Below are positions 1-6,306 of a DNA stretch of 7,997 nucleotides, one piece after another. The stretch is from IMG/VR virus record IMGVR_UViG_2565956613_000013; one strand, 5' to 3'. Source of the stretch: a virus. Its lineage: Duplodnaviria; Heunggongvirae; Uroviricota; Caudoviricetes. The stretch's first letter is position 1, and every line of letters begins with the position of its first letter. A program made the position numbers and the translations under genes. The notes under the pieces are model-generated. The model was not told the DNA's origin. It saw nothing but the letters and a program-made list of their open reading frames with translations, and did not search any database.

Positions 1-1
1 A

Positions 2-3000
2 ATGAAACGGCTTAATTTAGGGGACGTTTCTCGTGTAGTTCAGGAGGGCATTGCTCAACAGGAACAGCAGGCCAAATCAACTACACCAAAGGGTAAAAAA
101 AGACGCAGGAAGGCTATATCAGAGGATATAAAGGCACAACGGACCGAAGCAGCCGAACACGCTCGCGAAATGTTCGATCAAAAAGGCGGTGCGCAAAAAA
201 GCCAAAACCAACGCGATGCGCGTGGTCGTTTTATTGGAAAGTCAGGGAGTAAGGCCGCAGCGGAAGATGCCCGTGCTGAACGTGCTGAAAAGGCCAGGCG
301 CAAAGAGGATGATGAGCGTCTAAATGCTGAATCAGGTTTATTAAAAAAACTGTCAAAAGTAGCTGAAGGCATAGGTAACCCTTCAGAGACTCGTGCCGTC
401 GATGCGTTAGGTTATGCCGTTGCTGGTCCATTGTGGGCAGCAGGGAAGGAGCTTGGCGGGATATCAAAAGAAGTTGGTGGATCGCTTAATGGCGCCAGAA
501 AGTCTATTGCCGATGTGATTCGTGGCAATGACGATAACAGCCGTAGAAAAGGTTTTTTTAGGCGTAAATCGCAAAATAGTGCCGATGTCGTTCAGGTTAA
601 CACCCAAAAACGGACGGTTCAGGAACTTCAGGAGCAGACCAGCGAAATTAAAGAGGGCAATGACAAGATTCTCAGCGCCCTTGATCAGATAGCCAAAAAC
701 ACCGGGAAAAAGAAGGGCGGCTTGCTGTCCAAACTATTTAGCCTGTTAGGGAAGGGGGCCGGTGGCGTCGCGTCGTTGTTAATGGGGCGTGGCATGCTGA
801 AAAAAGCTGGAGCACTCGCTTTTGGCGCTCTGGGGGCAAAGAAACTTGTAGGAATGCTACGCGGTGGTGGCAAGAAGACTATCGCCCATGAAGGTGGAGA
901 TTTGGCTGCCCGGGCAGCAGGTAAATTTGGATTAAAGGCAGTTGGTAAAGGGGCGTTACGCGCAATTCCCTTAGTCGGCACAGTGGCTGGAGGTATTTAT
1001 GATGCGGTAACCGGTTGGAATGATACAGAAGCGCAACGTCGAGCGTTTGGGCTTAAATCAGGACAAGAGCCATCATTCCAGCAAAAAGCCGCTTATACGT
1101 TAGCCAATGTTCTTGATATGGGGGGACTGGTATCTGGTATTAGCAGCGCCATTGGTGAGGTTCTCAAATCACTTGGATTTGAGGATATCGGCAATATGTT
1201 GCAATCATTTTCGACGGAAAGTATTGCCCAGGCCATTGATAGTGGGATTACCAACTTAGAAACATATATTTCTAACCTTGGCGACACCATTTCTACCAAG
1301 TTCGAAGATTACACAGCAAAGATTGGTGATGCTGTTTCAGCATGGTTTAGCGATACATCTAATAAGCTGCTTGAAAAGCTGGATGCCATCAAAGACTTCT
1401 TTACTGTTGATAACCTGAAACAGGTTTTCAGTGATGCAATTGATAGTGCAATTGATTTCATTAAGAACCCAGGGAAACACATTAAAGAGGCGGCTGGTAA
1501 TATTTGGGATGGGGTTAAAAATTTACCTGGTAAAGCATTAGATGCAGCGGTTGATGCCGTTAAAAATACCCCTGCGGCAATGATTGTATCAAAAATACCC
1601 AATCCGATCGGCGAGGCTAATGCGAAAGAAATCACTCCGGAGTTAAAAGCTCCGGTTAATAGCCACCAGGAGACGTCTGATTCTAAAACTGAATCCGATG
1701 CCAAACAGAGTAATATTGCTACCCGCGTGATAAATGCGGCACTGGACACAGCGAAAGATAGCAATAAAACAGTTAAACAAACTGCCAATCAGATTATCAA
1801 TGCAAATGCCGTAGAAACGGGCAATAGCGCGTTGCAGAAAATTGATAAAGCTATTGGTCAAAATAGCTCGTCATCATCGTCGCTTAATACCACTGGCACC
1901 AGGAATGACATTCAGAAAGCTGCGGATACTTACAACAATGGCAACTTAGATGTAAAAGTCGGAAGTCTTGGCGCTGAAGGTAAGGCAAATCTCGATAAGT
2001 TGGCTCCGTATTTTGCCGAACTAGAGAATAAATACGGTCTTCCAGAAGGCACTCTTTACGCGATTGCTGCAACTGAATCTGGTGGTAATCCGTATGCAAA
2101 ATCCCAAACCGGTGCTCTGGGGATGTTTCAGTTCACGGGGATTGCTCGTGAAGAGACTGGCTTAGCTGAAGGTGAATCGTTTGATCCTGTGAAATCGGCA
2201 GAAGCTGCGGCTCTTCTCATGAGCAAGTATCTTAAGCAAGCCAATGGAGACTTAAACGAGGCCATCACTGCATATAATGCTGGGTTTGGCACTATTAATA
2301 AGTGGAAAAAAGGCACCGGTGACTTATCGAAAGAAAACCGTGAGTACGCGATCAAGGTCAATACTCATCGTGCTCGCTATTTAGGTGGTGAAATCTATAC
2401 ACCTGGAGCAGGAGCACAGGGTGGGGCGCAATATGGAGTGAGGGGACCACTGCCTGATAACGCTGTTATCGATCAGTATACTGGCCTGGCGTTTACCCCT
2501 GGTGATAGCCCGTTTGAGAAAGGCGGTCTGGTCGACAAAATCGGCAATGCTGTTGGCGTTAACGATCTGGTCAACAAATTCATGAATGACCGGGGGATGC
2601 GTCGGGAAGTCGTTCAGGGAACGCTAGAAGAACGTGCACGAGAGAAGGGGACCGCAACAGCAGCTGGCAATGTGTATGTTGATACTCCGATGCCAGTTGA
2701 AGAGGCGCGTCCGGTGGCCAACAACTCAAGTTACTTTGACCATCTCGGCGCACAAATGGGGATTGATGGACTATTCGATAAACTCCGCAACTCGCCGGGG
2801 ATGCGGAAAAATAATGCGCCTGAACCAGCCTCCACGTCCCAGGTGACGACTGCCGCCAACGATTTGCAGCAACCAACCGGTCGTATGCAGATAGACGGGC
2901 AGGTTATTAGTGACCTTGGCGGTTCCGGTGCCAAGCCGACAATGCAGTTGGCTGATAATACCGTTTCACTTGATGGTGAAACGAAGCGGCTGTTTGCGCA

Positions 3001-3160
3001 GATGACCTCATTGCTTGCCAGGATTGAAGAGCACACCAAAGACTCGGCGAAAGGCCAGGGAACTGTCGTAAAGGTCAGCACGCCTCAGCCGGGCGTTATG
3101 CGCACGGTACCACTGTCAATTGATGATCCGTTGATGAATGACTACGCGAGAGTTGATTGA
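2..3160 (+). CDS. sit: Phage tail tape-measure-like protein with an embedded lytic transglycosylase (SLT) domain, P1 Sit-like; 5' end probably cut by the window edge
   Basis: 1052-codon ORF from the ATG at 2-4 to the TGA at 3158-3160; only one base lies upstream, so the true start may be outside the window. Highly charged N-terminal region (KGKKRRRK, ERAEKARRKEDDER), then Gly/Ala/Lys-rich amphipathic segments (GGLLSKLFSLLGKGAGGVASLLMGRGMLKKAGALAFGALGAKK) typical of tape-measure proteins. SLT family motifs are present: AIAATESGGNP (Glu codon 2075-2077), GMFQF, AYNAG. The gene symbol rests on architecture, not on a sequence search. Confidence 0.8.
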   Translation: MKRLNLGDVSRVVQEGIAQQEQQAKSTTPKGKKRRRKAISEDIKAQRTEAAEHAREMFDQKGGAQKSQNQRDARGRFIGKSGSKAAAEDARAERAEKARRKEDDERLNAESGLLKKLSKVAEGIGNPSETRAVDALGYAVAGPLWAAGKELGGISKEVGGSLNGARKSIADVIRGNDDNSRRKGFFRRKSQNSADVVQVNTQKRTVQELQEQTSEIKEGNDKILSALDQIAKNTGKKKGGLLSKLFSLLGKGAGGVASLLMGRGMLKKAGALAFGALGAKKLVGMLRGGGKKTIAHEGGDLAARAAGKFGLKAVGKGALRAIPLVGTVAGGIYDAVTGWNDTEAQRRAFGLKSGQEPSFQQKAAYTLANVLDMGGLVSGISSAIGEVLKSLGFEDIGNMLQSFSTESIAQAIDSGITNLETYISNLGDTISTKFEDYTAKIGDAVSAWFSDTSNKLLEKLDAIKDFFTVDNLKQVFSDAIDSAIDFIKNPGKHIKEAAGNIWDGVKNLPGKALDAAVDAVKNTPAAMIVSKIPNPIGEANAKEITPELKAPVNSHQETSDSKTESDAKQSNIATRVINAALDTAKDSNKTVKQTANQIINANAVETGNSALQKIDKAIGQNSSSSSSLNTTGTRNDIQKAADTYNNGNLDVKVGSLGAEGKANLDKLAPYFAELENKYGLPEGTLYAIAATESGGNPYAKSQTGALGMFQFTGIAREETGLAEGESFDPVKSAEAAALLMSKYLKQANGDLNEAITAYNAGFGTINKWKKGTGDLSKENREYAIKVNTHRARYLGGEIYTPGAGAQGGAQYGVRGPLPDNAVIDQYTGLAFTPGDSPFEKGGLVDKIGNAVGVNDLVNKFMNDRGMRREVVQGTLEERAREKGTATAAGNVYVDTPMPVEEARPVANNSSYFDHLGAQMGIDGLFDKLRNSPGMRKNNAPEPASTSQVTTAANDLQQPTGRMQIDGQVISDLGGSGAKPTMQLADNTVSLDGETKRLFAQMTSLLARIEEHTKDSAKGQGTVVKVSTPQPGVMRTVPLSIDDPLMNDYARVD
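1990..2390 (+). other. Soluble lytic transglycosylase (SLT, family 1 type) catalytic domain inside the tape-measure-like ORF
   Basis: Translated segment LDKLAPYFAELENKYGLPEGTLYAIAATESGGNPYAKSQTGALGMFQFTGIAREETGL...AITAYNAGFGTINKWKKG carries the ES, GLMQ-like (GMFQ) and AYNAG signatures of lytic transglycosylases. Domain boundaries are approximate. Confidence 0.75.
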
Positions 3161-3516
3161 TGGCCAACAATAACGAAATTGATCCTTTGCTGACGCTGGA
3201 GTTATCCGGCGTAAAAACGTATGAGTCCCAGGAGGAGGCCTGGGGCGCTCGTTTATATGAGTGGCTAAACACTTATCAGGGTGAGGTATACGGAGATCCG
3301 TCATGGGGCAATGTTTTACCGCTGTTTAAACACGAACCGACCAACTTGTCGCATGTTCAAATTGCGGTTGAGGCAATGCTGTTGCAAAAACTGACGGTAG
3401 ATTTACCTGACATACCGATTTCTGGCTTGTCAGTAGCCGAGGGAGATGCTTTTGATAAGTTGAAAATATCCATTCGTATCAGGGATATAACTATCACACA
3501 GGACGTGGTGCTATGA
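3160..3516 (+). CDS. Small baseplate protein, gp25/GPW-like (P1 pmgA position)
   Basis: 118-codon ORF; its ATG at 3160-3162 overlaps the upstream TGA by one base (TGATG). The ORF track starts it at a TTG at 3157; I prefer the ATG. The segment EEAWGARLYEWLNTYQGEVYGDPSWGNVLPLFKHEPTN resembles the conserved core of GPW/gp25 baseplate wedge proteins as I recall it. Position directly after the tape-measure gene fits. Confidence 0.55.
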   Translation: MANNNEIDPLLTLELSGVKTYESQEEAWGARLYEWLNTYQGEVYGDPSWGNVLPLFKHEPTNLSHVQIAVEAMLLQKLTVDLPDIPISGLSVAEGDAFDKLKISIRIRDITITQDVVL

Positions 3517-4946
3517 GTAAAACAACACCGACTAAAGACAGTATTCGTGCAGAGTTTGAAGAGCTTGTCGAGAAAGATTCATTCTGGTCGAAGTTTGTCG
3601 GCTCTCAATTTGTCTCGATGCTGACATTGTTTATTACCCAGATTGTCTACAGGTGCTTTCAGTATGCCGATGCGGCGCTGGCTGAAGGCTTTATATCGAC
3701 CGCGACGCGGCGTTCCTCTATCCTGGCAGCGGCAGAAACGAATAGTTACGTTGGTACCAAGCCAACACCGTCATCGGGGATGATTGAGATCACCGCCACA
3801 AGTGAAGATGCCCCAGCGGTAATCCCCAAAAATATGCCTTTAATATCTGACGACCAGTACCCTTACATGACTATGGATGTATGCAGGTTGGTTGACGGCA
3901 CCGGTACGGTAGAAGTGGCACAGTTGGAAATCCAGGAGGTGACATATACCGTTACGGCAGCCAAAGAATTTCTGGAAGTCGTGTTATCAAAGGCTCTCAC
4001 TGCTGTCTGCTATAAGCTGGAAGTATTCGTGACGACCGATGGTAAGACCACGCAGTGGTCTTCCAGCACTATGTTCCGGTTAGCCGGTAGTAAAAGCCAG
4101 GTCTACGTTGAGTTTTATAAGCCATCCGAGCAGTTGGGGGTTCGATTCGGTGATGGGCTAATTGGGCAAATACCGCCAGAAGGCTCGACCATTACACTTA
4201 AGGTATGGTGCACCAACGGAGATATAACCCTGGTTGCTGGCCAAAACCTGACGCCTGTCGATTCTGCGGCTAATTTAGCTAATTTGATTTCAGTTAAGAC
4301 AACGACACCCATAACCGCAGGTACCGATGCCGAAACAACGGAGATCACACGTAATCGTGCACAATATTACCTTGCCTATGATGATCAGGTCGTATGGGGC
4401 GGGGACTATACGTATTTTTTGGTGCGTAACATCCCGGGACTGTCCTGGGTAAAGGCATGGGGCGAAGGCCAGCAAGAGAAATTAGATGGTGCTTATAATG
4501 TTCGGAATATCAATAAGATATTTATTTCAGGATGGCATCCAAACAAAAGCCAGTCAGAGCTTGAAGAAGTGATCCTGGCTGCCTTTAAGAAGGTGCCGAA
4601 TGAGTTGAACAAGAAATTCTCGTATAAAGAGGTCAGAAAACTCCCCTTTAAGATCACTATCACTGGGCGGATATCGGCAAGCCTGACCATTGAGAACGTG
4701 ACTGATGAGCTGAAGTCGGCACTGGAAACAAAATTTGGGCGTGACTCAACTTTCTTTGATCCGAACCGTGTTGGCAAGTACATCCTAATCAAGAAAAAAG
4801 ACGTTTGGGCATTTATCGAAACGCTGGGTTATTTCCGCGACTTTTATCTGGAATTTGTCGAGTGGAATGAGTCCAACGGCTTTTACGATTTCGTTTATCT
4901 GGATACAGAAAACTCCACCTTTAATATTTCGTATGAGGAGGAGTGA
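3513..4946 (+). CDS. Baseplate structural protein, probably baseplate-J / gp47-like (P1 bplA position)
   Basis: 477-codon ORF; its ATG at 3513 overlaps the upstream stop in an ATGA (4-nt) overlap, with AGGA about 10 nt upstream. The call is by synteny: phage baseplate modules run W-like, J-like, I-like, fibre. I did not recognise a specific motif. Confidence 0.5.
   Translation: MSKTTPTKDSIRAEFEELVEKDSFWSKFVGSQFVSMLTLFITQIVYRCFQYADAALAEGFISTATRRSSILAAAETNSYVGTKPTPSSGMIEITATSEDAPAVIPKNMPLISDDQYPYMTMDVCRLVDGTGTVEVAQLEIQEVTYTVTAAKEFLEVVLSKALTAVCYKLEVFVTTDGKTTQWSSSTMFRLAGSKSQVYVEFYKPSEQLGVRFGDGLIGQIPPEGSTITLKVWCTNGDITLVAGQNLTPVDSAANLANLISVKTTTPITAGTDAETTEITRNRAQYYLAYDDQVVWGGDYTYFLVRNIPGLSWVKAWGEGQQEKLDGAYNVRNINKIFISGWHPNKSQSELEEVILAAFKKVPNELNKKFSYKEVRKLPFKITITGRISASLTIENVTDELKSALETKFGRDSTFFDPNRVGKYILIKKKDVWAFIETLGYFRDFYLEFVEWNESNGFYDFVYLDTENSTFNISYEEE
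4934..4942 (+). promoter_or_regulatory. Strong Shine-Dalgarno sequence (GAGGAGGAG) for the gpI-like gene
   Basis: GAGGAGGAG ends 3 nt before the ATG at 4946, and lies inside the 3' end of the preceding gene; consistent with translational coupling. Confidence 0.6.
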
Positions 4947-5782
4947 TGCAGCGTTCCTGGTTTAATAACCGGCTTACATCAGCTAAGCAAAAGTCATTGC
5001 TCTATAAATCATTGGCTGATTTGGTTCAGTCAATGATGGATGCCTTTGTTGACCCATGGTTGGAGCGAATTACCAACCGGAAGTCTATTTTTTCCATGAG
5101 CAAGGAGGATCTGGAGACCAGGACAAATGAACTTGGCCAGTTCTTTACTATCAGAACGTCGAACTCATCTTCCGTTCCGATGTTGTTACAACAGCGTCTT
5201 GATGAGATTCACTTTAAGGGGACTGAACGCCCTATAAACCAGACAATTTACCGCGAATTTAACGGTATTTCTGTTTTATGGGATCCGATATATGCACCGG
5301 TGGACCTTGAGCGTCATCCCTATGGCACGGTTCTAATACCAGAAAGCACACTGGAGACTACCGGCGGCACATTCGGTGAGATGTTTCTGACTTCCAGAGG
5401 GATGATCAGTATTCCCATAAACGACCTGGCCCGGACAATGGGGATTACTGGCACGATAGATCAGTCCGCAATTACAGAAGAAATTCTCAGAAAGTTTAAT
5501 CAGTTCGTAAAGCCTCTACTGCCACTGCATATAGTGTTTGATGGGCTTACGCTCTATTTGTCGGTTGTTGTAAATGAACAGGCCGACATGATCACTTTGA
5601 ACGAGATTTCTGATACCGAAAAAGCATTCTGCTGGTTTGAAACTTCGGATACAACTTCGCTTACTGGAGTTACGTCGATTAGCGCCCCGATCACCGCAAC
5701 GCCTGGTGGCACTATTGTGAAAGCGACACCTACGTTTGATCGCACACGCGCAGATGATTTGTTGCTGGATAGCGACGCCTGA
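4946..5782 (+). CDS. Phage tail protein I-like baseplate protein (P2 gpI / Mu gp48 family; P1 gene 16 position)
   Basis: 278-codon ORF from the ATG at 4946, overlapping the upstream TGA by one base (TGATG); a strong Shine-Dalgarno GAGGAGGAG lies at 4934-4942. The track's alternative GTG start is at 4943. The segment IHFKGTERPINQTIYREF resembles the H-x-KGT region of P2 gpI-like proteins as I recall it. TGA stop at 5780-5782. Confidence 0.55.
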   Translation: MQRSWFNNRLTSAKQKSLLYKSLADLVQSMMDAFVDPWLERITNRKSIFSMSKEDLETRTNELGQFFTIRTSNSSSVPMLLQQRLDEIHFKGTERPINQTIYREFNGISVLWDPIYAPVDLERHPYGTVLIPESTLETTGGTFGEMFLTSRGMISIPINDLARTMGITGTIDQSAITEEILRKFNQFVKPLLPLHIVFDGLTLYLSVVVNEQADMITLNEISDTEKAFCWFETSDTTSLTGVTSISAPITATPGGTIVKATPTFDRTRADDLLLDSDA

Positions 5783-5785
5783 CAA

Positions 5786-5810
5786 TCACCCCGTCCGCAG
5801 GGCGGGGTGA
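5786..5810 (+). terminator. GC-rich hairpin in the intergenic gap: candidate weak intrinsic terminator, RNA-stabilising stem-loop, or dyad-symmetric regulator site
   Basis: TCACCCCG-TCCGCAGGG-CGGGGTGA: a perfect 8-bp inverted repeat around a 9-nt spacer, extendable by inner C-G pairs, starting 4 nt after the stop at 5782. The downstream sequence CAAGTTACTTCTCTTACAAT is only moderately T-rich, so any terminator would be weak. Confidence 0.3.
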
Positions 5811-5860
5811 CAAGTTACTTCTCTTACAATGAGGCTTCACAACATTGATTAGGGAAAATC

Positions 5861-6295
5861 ATGTCTGACGTCTCAACAAACCTCTATAAGAGTCAATTGT
5901 TGGACTATTACTATCAGCGGCGCGCTGAATCGTCCATTAACAAAGGCTCTCGATTTTTAATCAGCAAGGCCGTTTTCGGTACCAGTTCACTGGTTACTAA
6001 GAAAGGAGATGGCACTTATGAGATTGGAGAACTGCCAAAGGCTTTCGATCTGGCAGAACTGACCAGTCAATTTTGCACCATCAACCTCGTCCCAACCTAC
6101 TCAGGCGGGATAATTACTGTCCGAATGGACCTTGATCAAAGTCAGTTGCAGGAAGGGAAAAACTACCCATTCAACACTCTGGTTGTTCTGGATAACGAGA
6201 ATAAGCCAATCGCCATTATTTGTGTCCAGGAAGACTCGCTGTATGTGGGCAAAACATATACCGCAGTTATGGCCATAAACTCGACTACAGCATAA
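5861..6295 (+). CDS. Small tail-fibre-associated structural protein of unknown function (P1 R position)
   Basis: 144-codon ORF with ATG at 5861 and AGGGA at 5851-5855; TAA stop at 6293-6295. It sits directly upstream of the tail fibre gene and follows the only real intergenic gap in the window. It loosely resembles N-terminal anchor regions of P2 H-type fibres (NTLVVLDNENKPIAIICVQE), which is impressionistic. Confidence 0.45.
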   Translation: MSDVSTNLYKSQLLDYYYQRRAESSINKGSRFLISKAVFGTSSLVTKKGDGTYEIGELPKAFDLAELTSQFCTINLVPTYSGGIITVRMDLDQSQLQEGKNYPFNTLVVLDNENKPIAIICVQEDSLYVGKTYTAVMAINSTTA

Positions 6296-6306
6296 GGATA
6301 TGCTTG

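Noticed and set aside
95-559. Homopolymer tracts (A7 at 95-101, A7 at about 342-348, T7 at 553-559) as possible slippage or frameshift sites
   Set aside because: Runs of 7 are common in AT-moderate coding sequence. There is no slippery heptamer with a downstream structure, and no alternative-frame ORF continues from them.
1309-1788. 159-aa ORF on the minus strand, and the other minus-strand ORFs within 178-2361
   Set aside because: All lie wholly inside the long + strand tape-measure ORF, antisense to it, with no ribosome-binding site and low-complexity translations. They are frame artefacts of the coding strand.
1864-1881. Six-serine run (AGC TCG TCA TCA TCG TCG) as a possible phase-variable repeat
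   Set aside because: The codons are mixed, not a perfect short tandem repeat, so slipped-strand mispairing is unlikely. It is probably just a flexible linker.
2580-3081. Minus-strand ORFs of 98 and 116 aa and a + strand alternative-frame ORF (2634-2846, 70 aa)
   Set aside because: Embedded in the tape-measure coding region in other frames. Their translations are Arg/Pro/Cys-rich, typical of off-frame reading, with no start context.
3157-3159. TTG at 3157 and GTG at 4943 as start codons (as in the ORF track)
   Set aside because: An ATG lies one codon downstream in each case, at better spacing from the Shine-Dalgarno sequence and forming the typical TGATG stop-start overlap.
5808-5830. Sigma70 promoter from TGACAA (5808-5813) and TACAAT (5825-5830)
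   Set aside because: Spacing between the two hexamers is only 11 bp, far from the 16-18 bp optimum. Only the -10-like box is kept, as part of a speculative activator-dependent promoter.
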